DNA of 63,765 nt, filler included, from Basidiobolus ranarum (GCA_040143965.1; 32 parts of 32 records of this genome joined end to end with filler, not necessarily neighbours in it); one strand, 5' to 3'; counted from the whole stretch's first letter, positions 1-13,343 are shown. Notes: a model not told the origin generated them from the sequence alone. Made by a program: numbers and translations.

Positions 1-242
1 ATATTCACAAGTTGTGAATCCTGCAAACTTTGACAAATGACATTAAAGGCCTTCTTGTCTCTTTTCTTGTAAGCTTCCAATAAAGGATGGTCAGAAGTTT
101 CCTTTTAATCTCCAGAGACTACATCCCAAAGCTCCCTGTTTTCCAGCATGATTTGCATCTTAAGTTTCCGGAAATTGTAATTTTCTCCATCAAGCTTTTC
201 AACACTTGAGTTAATAAAAGTGGTAGTAGTGGCTTCTGTCAT
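1..242 (-). mobile_element. Ty1/Copia gag 5' fragment (LTR family B element)
   Basis: Translates MTEATTTFINSSVEKLDGENYNFRKLKMQIMLENRELWDVVSG, a typical Copia gag N-terminus, downstream of an LTR and PBS. Confidence 0.85.
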
Positions 243-274
243 GCGGTAAAGGTTAGAACATGGGGCTCATAGTC

Positions 275-650
275 TATTGGGAAAATATGGGCTGTTTGGA
301 GGAACTTTAGAAAAGTGGAGTGTGAATAGCTTTGAGAGATAAATACTTATTGTCTAGAAATAAAGAATTTATACATTTTGGTGGAAATACAGAAACTAAG
401 ACTGGAGTTGTGTTCAAAACATCTGTGGCAGTAAAATGAGCTATCTTAGAGGCAATTTGGACAAGTTTGAATTTTCCAATATGGAATTGCTGATTCTCAC
501 ATAATTCATATATATCTATAACATATGTTCTTATTTGCAGTAAAGTGATATTTGACCAAGTAATGCTAACTAATATATATGTGATATATGAAATAGCTAG
601 GTGTATAAAGATAAAGATAACAAATATGATAAAAACAATAAACTTCAACA
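275..650 (-). repeat. 5' LTR, family B (TGTTGAAGTTTATTG...), with PBS at 261-274; nested in the gag of another Copia
   Basis: Same sequence recurs at about 7782-7910, 33759-33889, 39974-40080 and 41426-41560; followed on the minus strand by GACTATGAGCCCCA. Confidence 0.85.
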
Positions 651-1903
651 ATGCATTGGAGTACCTACCATCAATCAAGATAACATAGTTACAGTCCGGA
701 ATAGCCTGTCACATGAGTTTCAGAGCCTGGTCATAGCTCTAGAATCAAGAACTGAAAACTTGACCTTAAATTTTGTATTTGGCAGACTTCTGGATAAAGA
801 TTTACACAAATCAGGACTCAACAAAAAGAATGTGGAAATTGCTTTAATAGGCTATGGGAAACCTTCCTCTAAAGGTCAAAAGCACTTCTAGAAGAAAAGT
901 AACACATTGAGTGATTACTGTAAAAGAACAGGCCGTTTATGCAAAGATTGCTTTTAAAGAATTACTGAGGGAGAAAAATGTACTGAATCTGGAAATGCAG
1001 TTTTAACAGAAGATCACTTGTTCATATTTGTTCTACTTATGACTACCAACAAGGATTCTCAGATGTGGTACATTGATTCTAGAGCTTCACAACATTTCAC
1101 AAATGAAAAACTTTGGTTTGTGAAATATGCACAAATCCTAATCAGAAAGGTTTTCATGGGAGATGACTGCACATTGGAGGCTATTAGAATGGGAACAATT
1201 CAAGTCAATTTAACTGGAGCTTCTGAATAAAAAGTATATACTTTTAAGCATATACTACATCTTCCAGATATTGCCAAGAATTTAATGTTTGTATGCAAGG
1301 CCACCTCCAAAGGATCAAAAGTCAATTTTGATAAGTCAGGATGCATCCTCACTGAGCAAAATGGGAATTATTTAGTTTTGGGAGAAAAGGATCAAAACTT
1401 ATAAAAGCTTACATATAATCCAAGAAGTTTATGTGTAATTATAAGTTATTCCAATCAAGAAACTATTTGTTTATGGCATAAGAGATATGGCTATATTGGA
1501 TTTGATTATTTGAGCAAAATGCTCAAAAATTGCCCAAATTCTGGAATTGAAATTAACACCCCAACCAAAATGGAAATTTGTGAGGGTTGTATATATGGAA
1601 AACAAGCCAGGCAACCATTCAAGAGCTCTGGCTTAATTAAATCTGTCAAAAATTGGATCTTATTCATTGAGATTTGTATGGACATATGCAAAATTTATCT
1701 TTAGGTGGAAAAAGATATTTAATCACATTTAGTGATTAATATACAAGATACACTTTGGTCTACTTTATGGAAAGAAAAGAAGAAGCTCTCTGTATCTTTA
1801 GAGATTTTAAAACACTTGTGGAGACTGAAACTGGAACTAAAATCAAGAAAATACATACTGATAATGGTGGCAAATATACTTCAACACTATTTAAGCACTT
1901 TTG
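651..1903 (+). mobile_element. Decayed Ty1/Copia gag-protease-integrase
   Basis: Zinc-knuckle remnant, WYIDSRASQHF protease, CEGCIYGKQ GAG-pre-integrase, IHTDNGGKY integrase; many stops and frameshifts. Confidence 0.92.
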
Positions 1904-2003
1904 NNNNNNNNNNNNNNNNNNNNNNNNNNNNNNNNNNNNNNNNNNNNTTAATTAATTAANNNNNNNNNNNNNNNNNNNNNNNNNNNNNNNNNNNNNNNNN
2001 NNN
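1904..2003. other. Artificial contig spacer N44-TTAATTAATTAA-N44 (first of 31, recurring about every 2 kb)
   Basis: Identical 100-nt spacer with six-frame stop linker; intervening contigs shrink steadily from 1903 to 1889 bp. Confidence 0.99.
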
Positions 2004-2110
2004 CTTGTCCAGTCTTGTCTTGTCTTGTCTTGTGGTCTACACCCAAGTACTCTCCTGCCTTCTAGCCTCTTGTCGTTGTTCCCAGTCCTTGTCCAGTTCC
2101 TTATTGTGAC
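2004..2110 (+). repeat. 3' end of a Gypsy (chromovirus) LTR
   Basis: Ends ...TTATTGTGACA; matches the LTR sequences at 55500-55680. Confidence 0.7.
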
Positions 2111-2769
2111 AGTAATTGTGTATAATTTGAGTTATGTTTAACTCTAAATTAAATCTAGTTGACAAAATTTGGTAATATCTTAGCCTAATATAAGGTTACT
2201 AAGTACTAGCTCTATTTAGTTATATAGGTGCTTACGCAGGGCTTGTTTCAATAGTTTCTTGCTTCTGTTATATGTATCACAACTGGGGTAAACAAAGATT
2301 TTGAGAAAAGATGAATCATCTGGCATATGTCTCTAATTCCTTTCATAGACAAGTTTACAGCTGCCTGTATCTACTAGCTATAATATTATTTTTAACTTCT
2401 AACAGCAACGCTTAAAACCATTGTGATTATCAATAGTTATGTATATTGATAATCACATAGGCTATGCATCTATATAGCCATGTAGTTTGCAAGTTCTAAA
2501 TGAAGATATCTAACAATAGTATTGTGAAATTTAGGTAACTAAGAATATTTAAATACCTTGGAGGTTTGCACAATAAATAACTTACCCAAACTTGTCCAAG
2601 AGATCTTAAACTCTTTAAGCACATTCCCATGACTTTTCCTAAACAAATTCTCATGCTGGTTTATCTTCTCCTTGACCAAAGTATAAGTATCAACCTAAAG
2701 TCAATAAATCACCATGTAAACACCACCAACTCCTCAAGTTCTGCAAATCCCTTCCAAGAAGTCTTAAGA

Positions 2770-3505
2770 TTCTGTGAAAGTATTTAGGAGCCTGTAGAAG
2801 TAGTTCATTCTAAACTTCTATGTTATATCTGGAATAATATTAGACTAGCTTAAAGTTCTTGTTTTGGTAGCCCTATCTATCTTAATTTGGATTCCAAGAT
2901 AGTACAACAGTTCACCAAGATCAGTCATTTTGAATTTGGCATATAAGCCGGATGTGGTTTGCTTCAAAGTCTTCAAGTCATTGGTTGCTATAGAAAGGTC
3001 ATCTGCATCTAAGGCTTATAAAACTGGGTTTGTCTTATCTGGTCTGAGGTATATACTAAAGTCAGCATTGCTCTTTTTGAACTTGAGTGTTTCCAAAGCA
3101 GCATGCTTCTAACAATTCCAAGTTCTTGGAGATTGTTTTAAGCCATAGAGTGTTTTCCAGAGTCTGCAAGCTTTATTGGTGTTTTCTAGGTCTACAAATC
3201 TGTCTGGCTTGTCTATTTAGATCTCCTCGGTAAGCTCACCAATCAAAAAAGAAGTTTTAAAATCATTTAATATATTATAAACTGACACTTAGCTGAAACT
3301 GCCAAAAGCAATCTAACTGAATAAAACTTTGCTACAGGAGCAAAAGTTTCCATATAATCTATTCTTGATGCTTGGGAATAGCCTTTGACTACTAATGTAG
3401 CCTTGTACCTTTCTATAGTGCCATCAGGCTTGTATTTAACCATTGGCAGCCAATTGATTTCAATCATCAGGTAAAGTTGGTCAAAGTCCAAGTGTAATTA
3501 TCAAT
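2770..3505 (-). mobile_element. Decayed Copia reverse transcriptase
   Basis: [22 protein letters not shown]...[20 protein letters not shown]. Confidence 0.9.
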
Positions 3506-3511
3506 CAACCT

Positions 3512-3906
3512 TAACAAAAATAAAATCAATTTGATCCGGATTGGATCCACCCTTCAAAAGAGCAAAACCATCAGAGAACCATCACAATATAGGTGGCTTG
3601 CATTCTGCCAGGGATTTTGAAGGTGTGACGGTGGCTTCTTGACAGTTTTTGATGGTACTCATATATGTTAAAGTATTGATCCTCAAATTTGGCATGCTTT
3701 ATTCAATATTTGGCAATTTTGCAAAAGATAATTTTTGAATGGCAAATTACTGGGTTTACTGCTGTAGGAATTTGATTTAATATGCATGCCTTTATTTAGC
3801 TATTTTAGGCTTTGTATTCCAGCCATAACGAGGATCAAAAAATACAAGCAAGTACAACATTGCAAAGATCTTGCGTAAATTTTGAGTGACTCTCTAAATG
3901 TTGTAT
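3512..3906 (+). mobile_element. Terminus of a repeated, probably DNA-transposon element inserted in Copia RT
   Basis: TAACAAAAATAAAATCAATTTGATCCGGATTGGA recurs inverted at about 56185-56219 and as a variant at about 41377-41415, each time at a junction with another element. Confidence 0.5.
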
Positions 3907-4006
3907 NNNNNNNNNNNNNNNNNNNNNNNNNNNNNNNNNNNNNNNNNNNNTTAATTAATTAANNNNNNNNNNNNNNNNNNNNNNNNNNNNNNNNNNNNNN
4001 NNNNNN

Positions 4007-5909
4007 GTGAGAGGCTGCCAGACAACTTTGGGTATCTCATATTTCACCTAAAATTAAGATTAGAGCCATTGACAATAGATTTTGTTAGTGCCAGGCTTTT
4101 GAATGAGGAATTAAGGAGATATAATCATTAGCAAAATAATGCAGATTAGGCATTTTTTGAAGCTGTAAAATATCCAAGAGGCTTCAATAATAGTGCCCCT
4201 AATGGGAAATCAATTATTTGCAAGTATTGCAAGAAACCAGCCCATTTAGTCAAATATTGCAGAAAAAGGATTTTGGCCTAAATGTAAAGATTGCAACAGG
4301 CAAATCAGGTAAGTATAGGAACTATCTCCTTGTGGCTTCCCTGTCACCAACAACTATGGAAGACTTACAACTATGGTACATTGACTCAGGAGCTTGGCAG
4401 TATATATCAAATAAGAAAGGTTGGTTTTCCAGCTTAAAACCACCCTAAACAAGGAAGGTCTAATTGGGTGATGCTTATGCACTGGATGCAGTTGGTAAGG
4501 GCACAGTGGTGCTCATTTTAGAGCTAAATTCAGCTATACCCTCTGCAAAATTTGATGATGTAATGTATGTACCAAATATTACAAAAAATCTACTGTCCAT
4601 GAGCAAAGCAAAAGCTGAAGGACTAAATTTCATGTTCAGCAAGGCTGGATATCACCAATTAGAATGGTACAAAATGAGCTACTGGGATGAAAACTCAAAA
4701 CTTATAAAAGATAGAAATCAACAAATTGCATTCTGAGCATGCTAACAGGGCCAAAACCAGTGCAATAGGAAGTCAAACATGGCATAGAAAATAGATCACT
4801 TTAGGGAACAAAAAAAGACCAAAATGATACAAAATGAGCTTGTAACAAGCTTTGGGATTGAAGATATCACTAAATTGGATCTGTGTGAAAATAGCGTAAA
4901 TGAAAAACATCACAGACAGCCATTTTCAAGCTCTGGAGATCAAACTATGCCAAAAATTTGCCCTGATTCATTTTGACCAATATGGGCCCATGCACAATGT
5001 CTCACTAGGTGGCTGCAGCTAATTTATGACCTTTTTTGATGACAAAATAAGTTATGCTTGGGTATTCTTTCTCAAATCAAAATCAGAAGCCTTGGCTACA
5101 TTCAAGCACTAGAAACAATAGCAGAGAAAGAATCAGCACCAAAATAAAGGTACTAAGGAGAAATAATAAATCTTGCCATCTCTATTATAGTCATGTTAGC
5201 TCTTTCAGCAACTCCATTTTGTTGAGATTAATAGGGGGCAGTAGTTTCTTGCTTAATTCCATGAACTTTGCAGAAGTGCTTAAATAGTGTTGAAGTATAT
5301 TCTCCACTATTATCAGTACATATTTTCTTGATTTTAGTTCCAGTTTCAGTCTCCACAAATGTTTTGAAATCTCTAAAGATAGAGAAAGCTTCTTCTTTTC
5401 TTTCCATAAAGTAGACCCAAGTGGATCTTGTATATTCATTGATAAATGTGATTAAATATCTTTTTCCACCTAACAATAAATCTTGCATAGGTCCACACCA
5501 ATCTGAATGATTTAAATCCAATTTTTTGACAGATTTGATTAAACCAGAGCTCTTGAGCAGTTGCCTGGCTTGTTTTCCATCTATACAACCCTCACAAATT
5601 TCTATTTTGGTTGGGGGGGTTTAATTTGAAATCCAGAAATTCGGCAATTTTTGATCATTTTGCTCAAATAATCAAATCCAACATGGCCAAATCTCTTATG
5701 CCATAATTGAGTAGTTTCTTGATTGGAATAACTTATATTTACACATAAACCTCTTGGATTAGATGTAAGTTTGTATAAGTTTGATCCTTTTCTCCCAAAG
5801 CTAAATAATTCCCATTTTGATCATTGATGATGCATCCTGACTTATCAAAATTGAATTTTAGCCCTTCTGAGGTGGCCTTGCATAAAGATATTAAATTCTT
5901 GGCAATATC
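4007..5909. mobile_element. Two head-to-head decayed Copia pol fragments (+ 4007-5170; - 5190-5909)
   Basis: WYIDSGA protease on +; HSDWCGPM...TDNSGEY integrase on -. Confidence 0.9.
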
Positions 5910-6049
5910 NNNNNNNNNNNNNNNNNNNNNNNNNNNNNNNNNNNNNNNNNNNNTTAATTAATTAANNNNNNNNNNNNNNNNNNNNNNNNNNNNNNNNNNN
6001 NNNNNNNNNGTTCTGTCTTGGGATATTCCCAAGAATGTGAAGGATGCAG

Positions 6050-7781
6050 GATAACTTCTGGCAGTGTATTGGGCACTTCAGTAAGCAAAATATTGGTTTA
6101 AGAGTCCACAGTAATGCTATTTTCTTCATTGTTTTGATTTGAAACAATTTAAATGATTGGATCAGGAGAAAAATGATTTTTGTCATCATCTGAGGTCATT
6201 TTGGGTGAATATTTTTCATTTTCATTAAACAAACATCCCTGGACTTGATTAACTTGAAAATTTTGATATCATAGAGTCTGTAGGCCTTAGTTTGGGTACA
6301 ATAACCCAGAAATATACATTTCTTACTTTTTGGATCAAATTTAGGCCAATTTGTGGTCATAATATTGACATAAGTGATATATCCAAAGATCTTCAAATGT
6401 TTTACATCAGGTTCTACTCCAAACTAAGCTTGATATGGTGTAGAGTCAGACAGACTTCTAGTAAAACTCCTATTCTTCAGATATACAGCTGTAGCAACAG
6501 ATTCTGCCCAAAAGTTATGAGATAAATTTTGTGCATTTATCATAAATCTTGCCATTTCTATTATAGTCCTGTTAGCTCTTTCAGCAACTCCATTTTGTCA
6601 AGGTGAATAGAGGGCAGTAGTTTCTTGCCTAATTCCATGAACTTTGCAAAAGTGCTTAAATAGTGTTGAAGTGTATTCTTCACCATTATCAGTATGTATT
6701 TTCTTGATTTTAGTTCCAGTTTAGTCTCCACAAGTGCATTAAAATCTCTAAAGATAGAAAGAGCTTCTTCTTTTCTTTCCATAAAGTAGACCCAAGTATA
6801 TTTTGTATAATTATCAATAAATGTGACTAAATATCTTTTTCCACCTAAAGATAAATTTTGCATAGGTCCACACAAATCTGAATGGATTAGATCCAATTTT
6901 TTGACATATTTGATTAAGCCAGAGATCTTGAATGGTTGCCTGGCTTGTTTTCCATACATACAACCCTCACAAATTTCCATTTTGGTTGGGGGGTTAATTT
7001 GAATTCCAGAAATCAGGCAATTTTTGATCATTTTGCTAAAATAATCAAATCCAATATGGCCCAATCTCTTATGCTATAATTGAATAGTTTCTTGATTGTA
7101 ATAACTTATATTTTCACTTAAATCTCTTGGAATATATTTAAGTTTGTATAAGTTCTGATCCTTTTGTCCCAAAGCTAAATAATTCCCATTTTGAGCAGTG
7201 ATGGTGCATCCTGCCTTATCAAAATTGAATTTTAGCCCTTCTGAGATGGCCTTGCATACAGTTATTAAATTCTTGGCAATATCTGGAACATGTAGCACAT
7301 CCCTAAAAGTATATAGTTTCTCTTCAGAAGCTCCAGTTAAATTGACTTGAATTGTTTCCATTCCAATAGCATCCTATATGCAGTCATCTCCCATGAAGAC
7401 ATTTGTGATTGGGATTTCTTCATATTCCACAAACCAATGTTTTTCATCTGTGAAATGTTGGGAAGCTCCAGAATCAATGTGCCATGTCTGAGAATCCTTG
7501 TGAGCAGTCATAGATAGAGCAGAGATGAACAACCGATTTTCTGTTGTAACCACATTTCCAGATTCAGTATGTTTTTCTTCTTTTGCAATTCTTATAAAGT
7601 AATCTTTGCTTAAATGGCCAGTTCTTTTACAGTAGTCACAGAGTGTGTTACTTTTCTTCTTAAAGTGCTTTTGACCTTCATAGGAAGGTTTCCCATAGCC
7701 TATTAAAGAATTTTCCTCATTCTTTTGGTTGAGTCCTGATTGGCATAAATCTTCATCCAGAAGTCTGCCAAATACATAATT
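6050..7781 (-). mobile_element. Decayed Copia gag-pol, interrupted by a family B LTR at 7782-7910
   Basis: CDYCKRTGH knuckle, WHIDSGASQH, HSDLCGPM, KFDPKSKKCIFLGY. Confidence 0.93.
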
Positions 7782-8525
7782 TGTTGAAGTTATTGTCTGT
7801 ATCATATTTATTATCTCTATCTTTATACACCTAACTATTTCATATATCACATATAAGTTAGTTAACATTACTTAGTCAAATATCACTTAGCTGAAAATCG
7901 GAACATATATNNNNNNNNNNNNNNNNNNNNNNNNNNNNNNNNNNNNNNNNNNNNTTAATTAATTAANNNNNNNNNNNNNNNNNNNNNNNNNNNNNNNNNN
8001 NNNNNNNNNNTATCCAGTCCCCTATTTAAGGCGTGGTCTCTTAGGATACACATGCATTTACACTACATATATCCAACTTCACCAAGTAGTTTAATAGTGT
8101 TGAATTTATTTAGCAACTTATTATATAAAAATACTTTAAAAGTGATGAAAGCATCTCATTCTTATGTGATCTCGTGATTCAAATCTAATTGTCACCTATG
8201 AGGCGCATCAGTTGCCACAAGTTATTTATAGAGGAGCCACAGCAATTCTATAAAAACCACCTCCAATCGTATAAGATCGCCAAGCATGATGCTATTGGTA
8301 CATAATAGGATATAATAAGCACCACAATGCTCGTGCTCCCTAGAGTACACATGGAATAAGGGCATCCATGTTAAATTGACTAATTAATATATTCCTTAAA
8401 AGTAACTAGCCAGTATATAAAATTTCTACTTTCTCCCTTAATAAGATTTTATTTAACCCAAGAATACCCATTCTTTTTACATAAGATACTTTCAACTTTA
8501 CTGAGTGAAGCAACATTATATACTC

Positions 8526-9652
8526 ATGGACAATCGACCATTACCTCCCGGCTGGTAAATATCTCACTATTATTATGATACCATTTTACTTCTTTCTGAA
8601 CCATTTAAACTTTTAGGATCAGTCAAACTGACCCCCAAAGTAATCGTACATATTATGTTAGTAAGTAACAGTTCCGTTTCTCAGTAGATCTAGTAAACCC
8701 TTATTTTCTTACAAAAACCAAACAATTCTTTTTAGATACCAATACCGGACAATCTTCTTGGGAAGACCCACGTATAGAATATTATGGAGCACAAGGAAAT
8801 GGTCAACAACATAACTCTTATAATTCCCCCATGCCATCTGCTTTTCCAGACTATAACTCTTACCCTGGAAATGACTCTCATAATGTGAATAAGACTTCGG
8901 GTCAAGCACCTCTCGGATTTGCCATGCCAAGTGGTCCCGATTCTAGCTGCGACAATAAGCCTATGGGGATGCCCGGGTCAAATGACAGTTATTCATCCGG
9001 AATGCCCAGTGCTGGTGGACAATCGTTTGGTATGCCAGGTTCCACCGTTGAGCCTCACTATAATGGTGCCATGTCCAGTGGTTTTCCAACTCCAACCGAA
9101 TATCCCGCCGTTAATCAAGGGAATAGTTACCGACCTGGAGTCATGTATAATGAAAATACCAAATCTGAATATGGTGGTACTTCCTCTACTTATACAAGTG
9201 GTGGAGAATCCAATCAACCTTCCAATTATGATAAAAATTATAATGGTAATACACCACAAACTCCAGGTTCCGTCGATCCTGCTACTGGTGATCAAGAGCG
9301 TTTCTTAGGTATAAATAAGCCAACTGTAATGGGTGCAGTCGTTGGTGGAATTGCTGGAAAGCTTGCTTCCTCAAAGTTACCCTCCGGTTCTTCTCATTCT
9401 CAACCACAGCAGAGTTATTATGGTGGTCAGCCACAACAGGGACAATATTACGGTGGTCAGCCACCTCAAGGACAATACTATGGTGCTCCACCTCCACAAG
9501 GACAATATTATGGTGCTCCTCCAGTTCAACAGCCTCCTAAAGAATCTGGTTTAGGAAGTGTAGGCTCCATGATTGCAGGCGGTATTGGTGGTATGGCCAT
9601 AGGAATGGTTGCTAACAAGTTAATGAATGGCAAGCATCATGGTAAACATTAA
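8526..9652 (+). CDS. WW-domain, Gly/Pro/Gln/Tyr-rich protein (Wwm1-like); exons 8526-8554, 8617-8660, 8736-9652
   Basis: Two GT-AG introns splice to MDNRPLPPGWISQTDPQSNRTYYVNTNTGQSSWEDPR (canonical WW), in frame with ORF 8831-9652; PPQGQYYG repeats and Gly-zipper-like hydrophobic motifs. Confidence 0.9.
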
Positions 9653-10011
9653 AGATAAGGTAAATTTAGATGCTCTATATATCACTTTCAAATCATTCAA
9701 AGATTAGTTATCAACTATCGAGTGAATGTAAACTTTTCCATACCATTCTCTGTATCATACTCATATCTAGTAAGGATATGAACCGAAATAATCATCATAA
9801 TAAATTTTTATCTAATTATTGATGTAATAGATTCTTTATTAAATTACCAGGGGATAGAGGTGTAATATGAAAACTAAAGTGAATGGTAGACTTTAAATAG
9901 GGGACTGGATCNNNNNNNNNNNNNNNNNNNNNNNNNNNNNNNNNNNNNNNNNNNNTTAATTAATTAANNNNNNNNNNNNNNNNNNNNNNNNNNNNNNNNN
10001 NNNNNNNNNNN

Positions 10012-10625
10012 CCAGACTTGTGGCTAAAGGATACTCTCAAATGGAGGGAGTGGATTACAATGAAACATTTGCTCCTGTAGCAAAGTTTAATTCCATCAGA
10101 ACCATACTAGCAGTAGCAGCAAAACACAGCCCAAGAATCCATCAAATGGATGTTAAAGCTGCTTTTCTGAATGGGGACTTGAGAGAGGATATATGCATGG
10201 ATCAACCAGATGGCTTTGTGGATCCCAAGCACCCTGAGGATGTGAGTAAGCTACACAAATCATTTATGGACTTAAACAATCACCCAAGATAGACACATAA
10301 TTGAAATCACTTGATTTCCAAAAGAGTATGGTGGATTTTAGGATCTACTTTAAGACAGATAAGGGCAGTAATATGATACTTGCCTCTTATGTAGATGATC
10401 AGATTATAGCTACCAATAATGATGAAGCTCTCAGGAACACCAAAAGAGATCTCTCAGTCCAATTGAAGATGACCGATTTAGGTGAACTTACATATTTTTT
10501 TGGCCTGCAGAACCATACAGATATATTGAGCAAATCTATTACTGTGAATCAATCTAAATACATCTCAGACATTATCAGACATTTGCTGGCATTATAGGAT
10601 GGAGAATTGTAAGCCAGTAGTAACT
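10012..10625 (+). mobile_element. Decayed Copia reverse transcriptase
   Basis: [37 protein letters not shown]. Confidence 0.93.
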
Positions 10626-10889
10626 TCTTCAGAAAAGCATTTTTAACATCCATTTGATAGATTTATAAGCAGTGCTTTGCTGCTACTACTAGTATGGTGT
10701 AGTTGTTTTAGCGTATAAGCTGCAACTAGAACTGCAATATCCTAAGGGTTTGTGAGGTGTTCAAAGGGTGCAATAACCACAGTTGAATAACTCTGGGATG
10801 TACTGTAATATAGGTCTGTCTCTTGCTCTTGTGTCTTTGTGAAAGGGAATCAAGCCTCTAGAAATGTCTAAGCACTGATAAACCACAAT

Positions 10890-11320
10890 GCAATGTCCAG
10901 CTTTCTGTTGAATAATATGCTGGCACCTGACAACAGAATATACTGGCTTCAACATCCTTTGAGAACAATCAGATAAAAAGGGTATATCCAATCAAAAACA
11001 ACTGTAAACTCAGTAAGCAGGGTCTTGACCAAGGATGCACTAGTAGTGATTTATCCAAGTATTTGAAAAGTTCCTTGCCTATGCAGAAAAAGCTAGGGAA
11101 AAAAATATAAAGTATCAGAAATATAACACCTACCTGTCAGTACTTCCTTTGAGCCAGTCAAGTCCTTTCTAGTCATACAATAGCCTGTAACTGCCTCAAG
11201 TAGTCTCTCTTGAGCTTCCTCTTCAAAGGACTTGTAAGCAGTGATGAAAATAAGGGGTGATCACAAGTAGTAATTGTTAGTTGAAAATCAGGAAGATTTT
11301 TATTTGAAAAAATGTGGCTC
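10890..11320. repeat. Dispersed repeat shared with 30290-30720
   Basis: About 430 bp of close similarity starting CAATGTCCAGCTTTCTGTTGAATAATATGCTGGCACC. Confidence 0.8.
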
Positions 11321-12011
11321 CTATTTGTACATTTCTGATGGTAGAAATGATTACTAATGAGAATTTCAGGAAAGTTCCAGAGAATTCCATTGGTGGGGAT
11401 CTGGAGCCATGATATCAGCATAAATCATAAGATTACTAATCCAAGGAATGTTCTGGAAGGTTGTAGAATAATCCAGAAAGTCATGGAATGTTCTGGCAAA
11501 ATCAAGTTTTGATTGGTCAAAGCCAAATCAATCATCAAATATTCTAAGAATCTTGTGGGATGTTCTGGAAGATTGTAGAATTTTTCAGAAAATAATAGGG
11601 CTAAGGTGGGTTAATACTGATATATCTGAAATAATAGGGGATGTGACTATTGTTGGAATATGATTGGATAGAAAATATGGGTATGTCACTTATGGAAACT
11701 TAAATAGAAATTGTGCAATAGTAATGATATGAGCTTGGAGTGGAAATAAGTCAAACTGCTAGTGAGTAGCAATGCTGCCCCACTACAATTGTTTTGATGG
11801 AAATTAACTTTGCTACAGGAGCAAATGTTTCATTGTAGTCCACTCCTTCCATTTGAGAGTATTCTTTAGCCACAAGTCTGGCTCTATATTTCTCTACAGA
11901 TCCATCAGCATNNNNNNNNNNNNNNNNNNNNNNNNNNNNNNNNNNNNNNNNNNNNTTAATTAATTAANNNNNNNNNNNNNNNNNNNNNNNNNNNNNNNNN
12001 NNNNNNNNNNN

Positions 12012-12395
12012 GACATAACCCCCAGCACCACCTCCATTTCCTCCTGATCCACCTCCTGGGCCGTAAGCTCCAGCGCCTCCTCCGTTACCACCAGAACCAC
12101 CTCCATTACCACCTGCTCCACTGCCGGTATCATAAGCTCCAGCTCCTCCTCCATTACCACCAGAACCACCTCCGTTTCCACCTGACCCACCTCCTGGGCC
12201 GTAAGCTCCGGCTCCTCCGTTACCACCAGAGCCACCACCATTTCCTCCTGCTCCGCTTCCAGGGCCATATGCTCCACTGTTTCCGTTTCCGCCGCCTGGA
12301 GCGAGATCGCTAGTATCATAAGTGCCTACCCCACCGCTACTTACGGTGCATGCTGTAGAAGCAAGAAAAAGAAGAGTGGATGCGTAAAATTTCAT
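12012..12395 (-). CDS. Secreted glycine-rich repeat protein (3' truncated by contig end)
   Basis: Signal peptide MKFYASTLLFLASTACTVSS followed by (GAGAYGPGGGSGGNGGGSGGNGG)n repeats; TATA-like TATATAAA upstream at about 12468-12475. Confidence 0.85.
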
Positions 12396-13343
12396 GTTTC
12401 AAAGAGAATATTGGTTTCTTGTATGTCTGTGTTTAGAATATTACTGTTAGTAGTCCTGTGAGTTCACTTTATATACGGTAGATCCTGGGATATATTATGT
12501 TTATTGACGCAGCCTGTAAGCCACGTAATTTTTCCATTACTTTATGTGGCCACATAGTGTTATCGACAACAAGATATGTAGGAAGTGAAATTCCCCTGAA
12601 TCAAACCCCTTAAAGCATTTTGGAATGAATACAATAATTTTTTCAAGTTCGATCCGAATCTTTTAATGATGGATGATTTGTTTTATAATAACCTCTCAAC
12701 AGATAAAGAAGGTGAAAATAAATTGGTCGCAGATTGGTTAACATGTAGGAGTTTTTTACAACCTCAGTTTACAGTTAATCTTAAGCTCTAAATATGACGA
12801 AAAGGAATACTTGTTTGAGAATATCTTCATATATTGACTGTTGATTTGTGTTTTCCAAACTCCTAGTTCAAACCCTAAACGATGATGGTCTTGATATTCA
12901 TTGGATTATTTCGATTCAAGAGGAGAAGAATTTGTTAAGGAGGGGTGAAGTGATTATTCTAAGGAATAACATTATCAAAGAGACGAATCTCATACTAATA
13001 AGTCGGCCATCCTTAATACTGAATAGTGATTGGTTTTAGTAAATGAAGGACAACATGGATTTATCAACCCAATTAATGTGCCTGTCATTACACTACAATG
13101 GTAAAGGAATGCGATCAGAAACAAGTAGCAGCAACTAGGAGCAATCTTTGTGATAGTCAATTAAATGAATATAAAACGATTTAGATAGTTAACCGCCCCA
13201 AACTGAAATAATTACACGAACCAAGTCAATCAATTTGAAGATTTAATAATGTGGCAGTAGCGAATATAGATTTAATTTGTTGGTACTCTAGAAATTTTAG
13301 AAGATCAATTCATTTTACTATCCTAATGCTTGTTTAAAAGAAT

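Noticed and set aside
307-678. 123-aa hydrophobic ORF
   Set aside because: Lies within the AT-rich family B LTR
8709-9554. Overlapping ORFs 8709-8930, 8919-9308, 8993-9295, 9282-9497 and 9333-9554
   Set aside because: Shadow frames of the low-complexity WW gene
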